Part shown: piece after piece, positions 8,242 to 17,449 of the stretch
Position numbering within the stretch: position 1 is the first letter of the stretch
Layout: each line of letters begins with the position of its first letter
NCBI GenBank assembly: GCA_030740155.1
Contig: JASLXV010000033.1
Location: 971-64,970 of the forward strand
Direction of reading: 5' to 3'
DNA: 64,000 bases
Origin: Dehalococcoidia bacterium
GTDB taxonomy: Bacteria > Chloroflexota > Dehalococcoidia > Lucifugimonadales > UBA3495
Notes under the pieces: model-generated
The model's database searches: none
What the model saw: the letters and a program-made list of their open reading frames with translations, nothing else
What the model was told of the DNA's origin: nothing
Translations under genes and position numbers: made by a program

Positions 8242-9237
8242 TCAGTCTGGGGCGGCTTTCATGGTAATCCGCGTCCCCACCGTGTTTTGGACAAACGCGT
8301 CGGGCCGGGCTTGATACACAGCGCAGGCTGCCCGGTAGCCGGCGCAGTGGGCGGGAGAGATGATGGCGGGGTCAAGGGCTACCAGCGCGTCCACGACGGT
8401 GCCAATACGGTCGTGGAAAAAGGTCGGGCCCAGGTGAAAGCCGCCGATGACCGCATGGACCTGCGGAATGCCGGTGATGGCCTGGGCATGATGGACCGTG
8501 TTGACGATCCCAGCGTGTCCGCAACCGGAGAGCACCACCAGTCCCTTCCCTCGAAGGCTCACGACCAGGCCCTGGTCATCGCAAATCAACGGATCCGGTT
8601 CCAGGACCCCGTTTCTTATGGCTTGGTGAGCGGGCCAACCGGTCTCGAAGTCATTGGTGCGGGCCACTTGGCCGGTGACTAGAGCCATCCCCTCTACGAC
8701 GAAGGACGGGTTCTTGGTTTCGATTAGCTCGACGCCGGCGTCCCGGAGACCTTGCCGGGACGGTGGGATCAGCTGGTTCTGAACTTCGCCGTTGGGTCGA
8801 AGGGTAGCCCGATTCAGGTAGGCGTCTGGATGAAGAGTGAGAGGAAACCTCAAGTGTCCTAGCCGTTGACGCAAGCCGATGAGGCCCAGAGTGTGGTCCC
8901 AATGGCCGTGGGAGAACACAATACAGCTCCAGTCCTGGGGTTTCAACTCCAGGCAGTCCATGTTGTGGACCAACCCTTCCGGGGTCCCACCGGCATCGAA
9001 AAGGACCGAGCGGGTGATGCCGCCGCGGGTCAATCGGACGAGCATCGAGAGTCCGTGCCCGCCAACAAATTCAGTGTGCATCTCACCGTTGAGGAGGTTC
9101 GAGACGACCATGTTGTCTGCTCGAACATCAAGACGTTCGATGGCGCCGCCGCCCGCGGTGGTCCGATCAACGAGGTTCTCAAAAAGCGTGGTGATCTTGA
9201 CTTGGTCCACCGGGTCTAGCTGAATCGCCTCGCTCAT
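8242..9237 (-). CDS. MBL-fold metallo-hydrolase
   Basis: HGHWDHTLGL (HxHxDH) plus a later GCGHAG motif. Confidence 0.7.
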   Translation of the reverse strand: MSEAIQLDPVDQVKITTLFENLVDRTTAGGGAIERLDVRADNMVVSNLLNGEMHTEFVGGHGLSMLVRLTRGGITRSVLFDAGGTPEGLVHNMDCLELKPQDWSCIVFSHGHWDHTLGLIGLRQRLGHLRFPLTLHPDAYLNRATLRPNGEVQNQLIPPSRQGLRDAGVELIETKNPSFVVEGMALVTGQVARTNDFETGWPAHQAIRNGVLEPDPLICDDQGLVVSLRGKGLVVLSGCGHAGIVNTVHHAQAITGIPQVHAVIGGFHLGPTFFHDRIGTVVDALVALDPAIISPAHCAGYRAACAVYQARPDAFVQNTVGTRITMKAAPD

Positions 9238-9324
9238 CCCTTGAGATTCCTCCCAGATGCCGGCTCAGTCGCCGCGTTTCGCGACCCTCGTTGCCCGGGC
9301 TCGGCGTCAGTTGCGGGACCGGCC

Positions 9325-9969
9325 CTAGTCCGCCGCCGGTGCGGGCTTCGGCTCCAGGGCGCCGGTCACGCCGATCATGCTCTCCTGGGTGACCAACTCG
9401 GCCAGCTCTTCCTCGGTCATATGCTCGGTGTTGGCGGGACGCTTGGGCAAAATCAGGTAGCGCAGGTCCGCCGTGCTGTCCATCACCCGCACCTCGACAG
9501 ATTTGTCAGGCTCGAAGCCGAACTCCCGCATCACGGACCGGGGGCTGCCCACCACGCGTGAGCGGTAGGCAAAGCCCTTGTACCAATCGGGCGGCCGGCC
9601 CAGGATGGACCGGGGATAGCAGGAGCAGAGGGTGCACACCGCCACGTGATGGACCAGGTCGGTGTTCTCCAAGACCGCGAGTCTGGTGACGACCTCGTGC
9701 AGCGAGTACCCCAGCTCTTGAATGGCGAACTCGGGGACGCCGATCAGGCGTTTCTTGAACTCCGGGTCCACCCAAGCGCGGGCCACAACCCGGGCGCCGT
9801 CCTTTGGCGATCGGGCGTCCAGAGCGTTCCCGGTTGCTTCCAGCTCTTCCGCCGTGAAGATTCCCTTCTCCACACACAGGGCCACGAGGGCCTCGGACCT
9901 GAGGGCGTAGTAGGCCGCGTTGGCCCCGTGGTGACTAGCTTGGGCATCATGCTCGTTGGCGCTACTCAT
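9325..9969 (-). CDS. Nitrile hydratase family alpha subunit, cobalt-type metal site
   Basis: VCTLCSCYP metal-binding claw (Thr, as in the Co type). The ATG at 9969 is preceded by AGGAG, which overlaps the upstream stop. The track ORF starts 6 nt earlier at TTG. Confidence 0.85.
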   Translation of the reverse strand: MSSANEHDAQASHHGANAAYYALRSEALVALCVEKGIFTAEELEATGNALDARSPKDGARVVARAWVDPEFKKRLIGVPEFAIQELGYSLHEVVTRLAVLENTDLVHHVAVCTLCSCYPRSILGRPPDWYKGFAYRSRVVGSPRSVMREFGFEPDKSVEVRVMDSTADLRYLILPKRPANTEHMTEEELAELVTQESMIGVTGALEPKPAPAAD

Positions 9970-9978
9970 GAACAACTC

Positions 9979-10293
9979 CTAATCGGCGGCAGGTTCCAGC
10001 CAGTGTTGATAGATGTCGATCAGTAACTGGTCGATCGCCGAGCCATGGTAACTTTCCCACACCTCGGTCTGGTCAAACTGAACCCGGTAGAGGGGCTGCT
10101 TGGGCAACCCCGAGCCTCCGTAGGCCAGGGACTCCGGATTGGGGAACACGCCGCACAGGGTTTCCACCTGTCCGGTCTTGCCTTGAATATACGCGGGGGT
10201 CCGGATGTGGTGAGGCGACAAGCCGACCCGCACCTGGACCCGGTCACCGGGCTGGTATCTGACCGGTTCAGCGTCGCCTCCAGCGGTTCCCAT
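9979..10293 (-). CDS. Nitrile hydratase beta subunit, C-terminal half as a separate polypeptide
   Basis: YQPGDRVQV...HIRTPAYIQGKTGQVE...PLYRVQF is the SH3-like C-domain of NHase beta. It has its own ATG 5 nt after GGGAGAGAGGG. Confidence 0.75.
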   Translation of the reverse strand: MGTAGGDAEPVRYQPGDRVQVRVGLSPHHIRTPAYIQGKTGQVETLCGVFPNPESLAYGGSGLPKQPLYRVQFDQTEVWESYHGSAIDQLLIDIYQHWLEPAAD

Positions 10294-10295
10294 GA

Positions 10296-10598
10296 TTACC
10301 CTCTCTCCCGTTCCAGCTCCGACATCTTCCGGTCGATCTCCTCGGTGGTCATGACCCCGCGTTCGACCAGCAGGGCCTCGTAGGCTGCGGTGAATCTTTC
10401 GTAGTAGCTGAGGGTTAGATACTGTTCGGGGCCCAGGCTCTCGATGGCCCGGCGCAGCTCATCGGTCTTCTTGAACCCCTTCTCGCCAAGAATGCTGTTC
10501 AGCGAGTCCACCCTGCGCTCCCAGGCCTCCATCTCGTGCTCGGTCCGGTCAATCGGCTGGTCCGTGGGCAATCCGCCCAAGTCGTGAACTTTCCGCAT
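10296..10598 (-). CDS. Nitrile hydratase beta subunit, N-terminal half as a separate polypeptide
   Basis: The HDLGG start and helical N-domain pattern (WERRVDSLNSIL..KG) are present. TAA stop lies 2 nt before the next ATG, in a different frame. Confidence 0.75.
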   Translation of the reverse strand: MRKVHDLGGLPTDQPIDRTEHEMEAWERRVDSLNSILGEKGFKKTDELRRAIESLGPEQYLTLSYYERFTAAYEALLVERGVMTTEEIDRKMSELERERG

Positions 10599-10664
10599 CC
10601 CGGCCTCCTTCCCAAAGAGTGTTGCTGATGATAATAATTCTTGCCGTCAAGGTTGGCAAGGGAG

Positions 10665-11480
10665 TCACCGGCCGGCCCACAGCTCAGCCACCTCCTGGCA
10701 GCGCATGAACTCCACGTTGGGGAAGCCGCGGATGTAGGTGATAAGCCGCTCCAGCATGAGCAACCGGCCGGGACGCCCGATGTACTGAGGATGCATGGTC
10801 AGGTGGAAGGCCCGCCCGTAGCGATACAGGCCATCGAACTCGGCGGACCAGGACCCGTAGACCTCTTCGGGGTTGCGCATGGGGCCGAGGCGGCCGGCCA
10901 CCGGAGCGTAAACGAAGTTGGGAGCGTCGTCCAGCAACCAGGATACGGGGATCTCCACTATGCTCTCGCCCGGCGAGCCGGTGTCGGCCAGGTAGGGAGC
11001 GTCGTCGCCAAACATGCTGCTGTCGTAGAGGAAGCCGCGGGAAGCCAGCAGCCCCAACGAGCGCGTGCTCAGGTCCCAACTCGGCGACCGGTAGCCACAG
11101 GGCGTCTGGCCCGTTATGCCCTGGAGGATGACCGAGCATCTCTCGAGCATCTGCTCCTCCTCCTCGGCCGAAAGGCTGAACGCGGGCTCGTGCATATAGC
11201 CGTGGAGGCCCACCTCGTGGCCGCGGCGGACGATCTCCTCGACCAGGCCGACGTGGGTCTCGGCCACGTAGCCGGGCACGAAGAAACTGGCCTTGATGGA
11301 TTGGTCATCCAGCAGGTCCAGTATCCTGGGGACCGCCACGCTGGGGCCGTACTCGGCCATGGACATCAGGCTGGGGTGGTCTTTGAAGCCGGGATTGCGG
11401 TTGAGCCACGAGGAGACGCCGTCTACATCGAAGGTCAGCATCGTCACTAATTGGGTGTCGCCTGGCCAGATACCGGACAT
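10665..11480 (-). CDS. Polysaccharide deacetylase (NodB-homology/PuuE-like) family protein
   Basis: LTFDVDG...FFVPG...GHEVGLHGYMHE motifs. Confidence 0.75.
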   Translation of the reverse strand: MSGIWPGDTQLVTMLTFDVDGVSSWLNRNPGFKDHPSLMSMAEYGPSVAVPRILDLLDDQSIKASFFVPGYVAETHVGLVEEIVRRGHEVGLHGYMHEPAFSLSAEEEEQMLERCSVILQGITGQTPCGYRSPSWDLSTRSLGLLASRGFLYDSSMFGDDAPYLADTGSPGESIVEIPVSWLLDDAPNFVYAPVAGRLGPMRNPEEVYGSWSAEFDGLYRYGRAFHLTMHPQYIGRPGRLLMLERLITYIRGFPNVEFMRCQEVAELWAGR

Positions 11481-11525
11481 CGTTGGCCTCCTTGGCTTGC
11501 CGGTTCAGGAACGGGTGCGGGGTGA

Positions 11526-11570
11526 CCCCATCCTAATCTCCCCCTTCGTAAGGGGGAGATTAGGATGGGG
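11526..11570. repeat. REP-like palindrome: perfect 21-bp stem around a CCCCCTTCGTAAGGGGG core, with a TAGGATGGGG tail
   Basis: CCCCATCCTAATCTCCCCCTT cgt AAGGGGGAGATTAGGATGGGG, read directly. Lies between the serS stop and the deacetylase start. Confidence 0.8.
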
Positions 11571-11629
11571 TTTCAAAATGTCTAGCTTACAGCGGCAACG
11601 ACGGAAGGCTGTGGAGAGAGGCCGGCGGT

Positions 11630-12916
11630 CTAGGCGCCCGGCTTTACGGGAATCCGGTCGAAGCCGGTGTAGGGGCGCAGGATATCCGGGATCACCACCG
11701 AGCCGTCGGCCTGCTGGTAGTTCTCTAGGATGGCGATGACCACCCGGGGCAGCGCCAGGCCCGAGCCGTTGAGGGTGTGGACCAACTCGGGACGGGCCTT
11801 CGGCTCCGGCCGGTAGCGGATGCGGGCGCGGCGGGCCTGGAAGTCGGTGCAGTTGGAGCAGGAGCTGACCTCCAGCCACTCCTGGCAACCGGCGGCCCAG
11901 GCCTCGATGTCGTAGGTCATGGCCGAAGGGAATCCCAGGTCTCCTTTGCAGAGTTGCAGGACCCGGTAGGGCAGCTCCAACCGGCGGCAGACATCTTCGG
12001 CGTCGGCCACCAGCTTCTCCAACTCGTCCTCCGAGGTCTCGGGGGTCACGAACTTGTACATCTCCACCTTGTTGAACTGGTGGACCCGCTTGATGCCCCG
12101 GGTATCCCGTCCGGCGGCGGCCTTCTCCCGGCGGAAGCAGGGCGTGTGGGCCACGTAGTTGCGGGGCAGGGAGCCGGGGGGCAGGACCTCGTCCCGGTAG
12201 AGATTGGTGATCGGCACCTCGGCGGTGGGAATCAGCCAGAGGTCGTCTTCGTCGTCGTGGTAGAGGTTTTCGCCGAACTTGGGCAGGTTGCCGGACCCTT
12301 CCATGGTCTCCCGTTTGACCAGCAGGGGGAGCATCGCCTCGGTGTAGCCGTGCTCCCGGGTGTGCAGGTCCAGCATCCAGGAGATGAGGGCTCGTTCCAG
12401 CTTGGCCCCGGCGCCGAACATGGTGTAGAACCGGCTGCCGGAGAGTTTTACGCCCCGCTGGAAGTCGATGAGGCCCAAATTCTCGCCCAGTTCCCAATGG
12501 GGAAGGGGAGTGAAGTCGTGGGTGCCGGGCTCTCCCCACGAGCGCACCACGACGTTGTTCTCTTCGCTGAGGCCGGGGGGCACGTTGGGCAGGGGAAGGT
12601 TGGGCATGCCCATCAGAATGGTGTTGAGCCGCTCTTCCAGGCCCCGGACGCTCTGTTCCAGCTGGCTGATGCTCTCGCCCACCCGGCGCATCTCCTGGAC
12701 GATCTCCGGTCCGGGCTCCTGGCCGGAAGCACGGGCCTGGCCGAGGCTCCGGCTGACGCGGTTGCGTTGTCCCCGTAGCTCGTCGCCCTCGGCGATGCCC
12801 CGGCGTCTCTGGGCGTCCAACTCCAGAAGCTCGGCCAGAGGGTCATCTTCTCCCCGCGATTCCAGCGCCCGCCGAACTAGGTCCGGGTCTTTTCGTATCA
12901 GGTCGATAGATAGCAT
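11630..12916 (-). CDS. serS: Serine--tRNA ligase
   Basis: Full-length class II aaRS with an N-terminal coiled coil (MLSIDLIRKDPDLVRRALESRG) and a conserved core. Confidence 0.95.
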   Translation of the reverse strand: MLSIDLIRKDPDLVRRALESRGEDDPLAELLELDAQRRRGIAEGDELRGQRNRVSRSLGQARASGQEPGPEIVQEMRRVGESISQLEQSVRGLEERLNTILMGMPNLPLPNVPPGLSEENNVVVRSWGEPGTHDFTPLPHWELGENLGLIDFQRGVKLSGSRFYTMFGAGAKLERALISWMLDLHTREHGYTEAMLPLLVKRETMEGSGNLPKFGENLYHDDEDDLWLIPTAEVPITNLYRDEVLPPGSLPRNYVAHTPCFRREKAAAGRDTRGIKRVHQFNKVEMYKFVTPETSEDELEKLVADAEDVCRRLELPYRVLQLCKGDLGFPSAMTYDIEAWAAGCQEWLEVSSCSNCTDFQARRARIRYRPEPKARPELVHTLNGSGLALPRVVIAILENYQQADGSVVIPDILRPYTGFDRIPVKPGA

Positions 12917-12970
12917 AAGTCTGGTGCCAACCTTACCACATGGCAGAGCGTCCCGGTCATGGCCCGCCCG

Positions 12971-14521
12971 TCACTCCGCAGCTTCGGGAGAAGACTCGGC
13001 CCCCTCCGCCTCCGGGCCGGGTTTGCCGGTGCGCATCTGGGGAAACAGCACCACATCCCGGATCGACGTTTGGCCTGCCAGCAGCATCACCAGCCGGTCG
13101 ATGCCCATTCCAAGCCCGCCGGTGGGCGGCATCCCGTATTCCAGGGCCAGCAAAAAGTCCTCGTCCAGGCGGTCGGCTTCGTCATCTCCCATCACCCGAT
13201 CCTGTTGCTGGCCTTCCATCCGCTGCCGCTGCACCGCTGGGTCGTTCAACTCGGAGTAGGAGTTGGCGATCTCCATCCCGGCGGCGAAGGCCTCGAAGCG
13301 TTCCACGTATCCAGGAGCGCCCGGTTTGGCCTTGGCCAGGGGAGACATCTCCACGGGGTAGTCCAGCAGGAAAGTGGGCTGGATCAGTTGGGGTTCCACG
13401 AAGGTGGATATCAGCTGGTCCACCAGCCGCCCCCGGCTCTGCCTCGGAGGAGCGTCCAGCCCTCGCCGGACCGCCTCCGCTGCCAGGGAGGCCTCGTCGG
13501 GGAATTCGTCGATGTCTATCCCGCTGCGGTTCTTCAACTCCTCGCGGAGGGAGACCCGCCGCCACGGGGGCGTGAAGTCGATGACGTGCTCCCCATAGGG
13601 TATCTGACAGGTGCCCTGGACCTCCTGGGCCACGCCGGAGACCATCGACTCGACCATCTCCATGACGGAGTTGTAGTCGGCGTAGGCCTCGTAGCTCTCT
13701 AGCAGAGTGAACTCGGGGTTGTGGTCCTGGTCGATTCCCTCGTTGCGAAAGACCCTCCCCAGCTCGTACACCTTGTCGAAGCCGCCGATAATCAGCTTTT
13801 TAAGGTACAACTCCGTGGCGATGCGGAGGTATAGCTGCTGGTCCAGGGCGTTGTGGTGGGTGACGAAGGGCCGGGCGTGGGCGCCGGCGGCCACGGGTAC
13901 CAGGACGGGGGTGTCCACCTCCAGAAAGCCCCGCTCGTCCAGGAATCTCCGGACGGTTCTGATTATCCAGCTACGCTGCTCGAAGACGGTCATCACGTCC
14001 GGATTGGAGATCAGGTCCAAGTACCTCTGCCGGTAGCGTATCTCCACATCCCGGAGGCCGTGCCATTTCTCAGGAAGGGGGCGCATCCCCTTGGCCGTCA
14101 GCGTGAGCCGGTGGGCCTCGATGGTCACCTGGCCGGTGCGGGTGCGGATCATGGGGCCGTTGACGCCCAGGTGGTCGCCAAGGTCCAGGTCCTTCAGCAG
14201 GTCGAAGGCCTCGCCCAGCACGTTCTGCCGCAGCAGTGCCTGGACGGTCCCGGAAGCGTCCCGCAGGTCCAGGAAGGCCGCCCGGCCCATGACCCGGATG
14301 GAGGTGATGCGTCCGGCCAGGGCCACTTCTCGGGTCTCCGGCTTCGGCTCCGCGCCGCTCTCCACGGCCTCGAAGAGCGCGATGGCGGCGGCGGCATAAC
14401 TGGTGCGCTCGAAGCGAGGAGGGTAGGGGTCGATTCCGAGCCCGCGAATGTGCTCCAGCTTGGTTTGGCGGCTGGCCAGCAGCCCTTCTTCTCGGTCCGG
14501 CATGTTATATCTGTCTCCCAT
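12971..14521 (-). CDS. lysS: Lysine--tRNA ligase (class II)
   Basis: OB-fold N-domain plus class II core (FRNEG, GMGIDRLVM). Confidence 0.95.
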   Translation of the reverse strand: MGDRYNMPDREEGLLASRQTKLEHIRGLGIDPYPPRFERTSYAAAAIALFEAVESGAEPKPETREVALAGRITSIRVMGRAAFLDLRDASGTVQALLRQNVLGEAFDLLKDLDLGDHLGVNGPMIRTRTGQVTIEAHRLTLTAKGMRPLPEKWHGLRDVEIRYRQRYLDLISNPDVMTVFEQRSWIIRTVRRFLDERGFLEVDTPVLVPVAAGAHARPFVTHHNALDQQLYLRIATELYLKKLIIGGFDKVYELGRVFRNEGIDQDHNPEFTLLESYEAYADYNSVMEMVESMVSGVAQEVQGTCQIPYGEHVIDFTPPWRRVSLREELKNRSGIDIDEFPDEASLAAEAVRRGLDAPPRQSRGRLVDQLISTFVEPQLIQPTFLLDYPVEMSPLAKAKPGAPGYVERFEAFAAGMEIANSYSELNDPAVQRQRMEGQQQDRVMGDDEADRLDEDFLLALEYGMPPTGGLGMGIDRLVMLLAGQTSIRDVVLFPQMRTGKPGPEAEGAESSPEAAE

Positions 14522-14633
14522 ACGCCCGGAGCGGGCGATGCCGGACGGAAATCAAGCGGCTCAGGCGGGCTCTTTCCCAGGGTCCTTTGGGGAAACCAGC
14601 GCCGGCCTATCGCAAGCGGCCGGCTGTGACACC

Positions 14634-15101
14634 CTACTCGATGGCAATGACTTCGAGCTTGATCTTGCCGGCCGGCGCGCTAACCTCGGTAATCTCGCCA
14701 ACCCGCTTCCCCAGCAGGCTCTTGCCGATGGGGGAGATGTTGGAAATCTTCCCTCTGGCGGGGTCGGCTTCGGCGCTGCCGGTGATGGCATACTGGTAGG
14801 TCTTTCCGTCCTGGTGATGTACCGTTACCTTGGCGCCCACCTCTACCGTTTCCCGTGCTCCTCGGCTTTCCTCAATGATGACGGCGTTGTTGATCATATT
14901 GTCTAGCGTGAGGGTGCGTCCCTCGATGAAGGCCATCTCGTTCTTGGCCTCCTCGTACTCGGCGTTGCCGGCGATGCTGCCCCGCTCCCGGGACTGCTGT
15001 ATTCGCTCCGCCACGTTGTGCCGCCCTACGGTCCGGAGACGCCCAAGCTCCGCCTGCAGGTTTGCCAGCGCTTTCCGGGATAAATAACTGGGCTGCGCCA
15101 C
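14634..15101 (-). CDS. greA: Transcription elongation factor GreA
   Basis: The GreA pattern runs from YLSRKALANLQAEL to the end. The start is moved to GTG 15101, 5 nt after GGGAGGAAAG. The 71-aa N-terminal extension in the track is Pro/Gly/Arg-rich junk. Confidence 0.85.
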   Translation of the reverse strand: MAQPSYLSRKALANLQAELGRLRTVGRHNVAERIQQSRERGSIAGNAEYEEAKNEMAFIEGRTLTLDNMINNAVIIEESRGARETVEVGAKVTVHHQDGKTYQYAITGSAEADPARGKISNISPIGKSLLGKRVGEITEVSAPAGKIKLEVIAIE

Positions 15102-15387
15102 AGCTCTTTCCTCCCAAGTACCCAGGCCAAGTACCCAGGCCAGACACGCAGGAAAAAACAATGCGGGAAATGGCGGACAGGGCCACCACTTCCCTTTCCC
15201 AGATTCTAATCCACCATATCCCTCGTGTAAAGCGGCGCCGGCGGCTGGAACCGGTGTCCGGCTCGGCCGGATCGGTCCCTTCCGCCGCGACAACCCGCTG
15301 CCTCGACGGGCCATCAGCTATCGGCGGGCTTCATGCCTGGCCGTCGCCGGAACGGGGGCGTGAATAGTGAGAGGAGGAGAACTGGGC

Positions 15388-15642
15388 GTGAAAAGGATCT
15401 TCTATCACCCGGGTTTACTGGCCGGGGCGGTGGCCGTGGTGCAGCACAATTTCGGGGTGTTGGGGAACCACTTTTCGGAGGTTGCGGAGGATCTGACCCG
15501 GACGTTGCGGGCCTTGGGGCCCGCAGCCGGTGGTCGCCCCCACCTGGATGGGGCATTTTCGGCGCCGGAGGCCGTGTCCCCGGGGGGGGCACGCGGGCCG
15601 GCGTTTTTTCGCTATACCGAGGAGACGCTGGTCATCTTCTGA
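15388..15642 (+). CDS. Hypothetical small protein (84 aa)
   Basis: GTG lies 8 nt after GAGGAGGAG, and a hairpin GCCGTG...CACGGC sits just downstream. No recognisable family. It lies in an otherwise empty 600-bp gap. Confidence 0.3.
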   Translation: MKRIFYHPGLLAGAVAVVQHNFGVLGNHFSEVAEDLTRTLRALGPAAGGRPHLDGAFSAPEAVSPGGARGPAFFRYTEETLVIF

Positions 15643-15704
15643 CCGCTGCCGTGAACGGGCCTGGCGCCCGGCACGGCGGGAGAAGCGATCCGGCCGGCCT
15701 GCCT

Positions 15705-16358
15705 CTAGGCCTCGGCGTCCGGACTCTCCCCATCAGCCGGCGTTTCATCGGCGCCAGCTTCTTCCGCGGAGACCGCTTCTTCTTCGGCCGCCACCCTGGG
15801 TTGCTCTATCCGGACCACCACGTCATCGGGGTCGGTCAGCACCGTCACGTTGCCGGGCAATTGGATGTCACCGGCCCTCACCACACCATCCGGATCGGTC
15901 AGAAGGTTCAGGTCTACCTCCGCGTGGCTGGGCATCTCCAGAGGCAGTGCTTCCACATCCAACTCGTGAAGCTGATGCATTATCGTACCGCCGGACATCT
16001 TGGCGCCCGGCGACTCGCCGGTGAGGGTGATGGGCACCTGCGCCCGTACCGGCTTGCTGACTTCCGCCACTAGCAAATCCACGTGGAGGAGATCGTCCCG
16101 CCTGGGGTCCCACTGGATCTCCCGGGCGAAGGCCAGTTGGTCGCCCTTCTCGCCCCGCACGCTGACCGTGATGGGCGTGCTGCCGCCGGCCTGGACCAAC
16201 GCCTGGACTAGCTTCGGGGCCTGGCACTGCAGGGCGCGGGACTCCACCCCCGGTCCATACAGGTGGACCGGGATGATTCCCAAGCGCCGCAACTGTTTTA
16301 CTTTCTTGCCCAGCGTGTCCCTGGGCTCTAGCTCTAATTTGATCGCCTGGCTGGTCAT
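15705..16358 (-). CDS. ctc: 50S ribosomal protein L25/general stress protein Ctc
   Basis: N-terminal L25 domain (LELEPRDTLGKKVKQLRRLGIIPVHLYG) plus a Ctc-type C-domain and an acidic tail. Confidence 0.85.
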   Translation of the reverse strand: MTSQAIKLELEPRDTLGKKVKQLRRLGIIPVHLYGPGVESRALQCQAPKLVQALVQAGGSTPITVSVRGEKGDQLAFAREIQWDPRRDDLLHVDLLVAEVSKPVRAQVPITLTGESPGAKMSGGTIMHQLHELDVEALPLEMPSHAEVDLNLLTDPDGVVRAGDIQLPGNVTVLTDPDDVVVRIEQPRVAAEEEAVSAEEAGADETPADGESPDAEA

Positions 16359-16537
16359 AGGAACCGATTCTCCTCACTGGGTTGGGTCACCCGGCAACGG
16401 CCCGCGTGGGGCCCATAGTTTCGCCGTTCAATGATAGCACCAGCCTCGGAGAAAGGAAACCTCAGCCCTGCCGCCCGGCCGGACAACCTTGACAACCGGG
16501 TTATCATGGGTTTGCAACTAGCCTGGGAGGTTAAGAA

Positions 16538-17449
16538 ATGGCGTCTTCCACCGAGGGTGGGGTAGGCCTGTCACTCTATGATGCAGCCCGCCAGATGGGC
16601 GTGCCGTTCGCCGCTGAGAGCAAGCCAACCGATAAGAACATTCAAATCAATGGAATGAACTTCCATTACTTGGAGTGGGGCGACGCCGCCAACCCGACGA
16701 TCCTCATGCTCCACGGTAATTCCCAGCAGGCCCACAGCTGGGACTTCGTGAGTCTGGCCCTTTCCGACAAGTATCACGTCCTGGCGATGGATCAACGGGG
16801 CCATGGGGATAGCGACTGGGCGCCCGAGGCTGACTATTTGATCGACTCCTTTCAGAGAGACATCGACGGGTTCGTCGAGGCCATGGGGCTGGACAAGTTC
16901 GTCCTGTTCGGCCACTCCATGGGAGGCCGCAACAGCTACGTTTGGGCCTCGCGCCATCCGGGGGCACTGAAGGCACTGGTAATCGTGGACACCGGGCCCA
17001 AGAATGCGCGCCGCGGCCAGGAACGGATGGCCCGGTTCCGCGAGCTTCCCGACGAGCTGGACTCCTTCGAGGAGTTCGCCCAACGGGTTATCGAATACAC
17101 CGGGCGCAGCCGGGAACAGGTGTTGGGCGCGTTGCAGTACAGTATCCGCGAGCGCTCCGACGGCAAGTGGATCTGGAAAGCCGATAAAATCTGGCGCACC
17201 CCGGGCCGCCGGGAAACCGGCTATACCTCGGATCAACTGTGGGACTGCGTGCGCAAGCTTGAATGCCCCACCCTGGTGGTCCGAGGCAGCGACAGCGATG
17301 TTTTCCCGGTAGAGACGATGCAGCAGATGGAGGAGATCATCCCCGGCTGTGAGACTGTAACCATATCCGGGGCCGGGCACCTGGTCCAAGGAGACAACCC
17401 GGCGGACTTCGTGACGGCGGTCAATAAGATACTGGCCCGGGTGCGTTAG
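16538..17449 (+). CDS. Alpha/beta hydrolase
   Basis: ILMLHGNSQQAHSWD, the nucleophile elbow GHSMGG, and a C-terminal GAGHL. Confidence 0.8.
   Translation: MASSTEGGVGLSLYDAARQMGVPFAAESKPTDKNIQINGMNFHYLEWGDAANPTILMLHGNSQQAHSWDFVSLALSDKYHVLAMDQRGHGDSDWAPEADYLIDSFQRDIDGFVEAMGLDKFVLFGHSMGGRNSYVWASRHPGALKALVIVDTGPKNARRGQERMARFRELPDELDSFEEFAQRVIEYTGRSREQVLGALQYSIRERSDGKWIWKADKIWRTPGRRETGYTSDQLWDCVRKLECPTLVVRGSDSDVFPVETMQQMEEIIPGCETVTISGAGHLVQGDNPADFVTAVNKILARVR

Noticed and set aside
10294-10298. The nitrile hydratase beta-subunit split as a simple frameshift pseudogene.
   Set aside because: This is not excluded. However, the second half has its own ATG and RBS, both halves are intact, and split-beta members of the family are known. 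I therefore kept it as two genes and flagged the need to check the reads.
15102-15314. The 71-aa N-terminal extension of greA in track ORF 14634..15314.
   Set aside because: There is no GreA homology. An internal GTG with a strong GGGAGGAAAG RBS gives a canonical-length 155-aa GreA.
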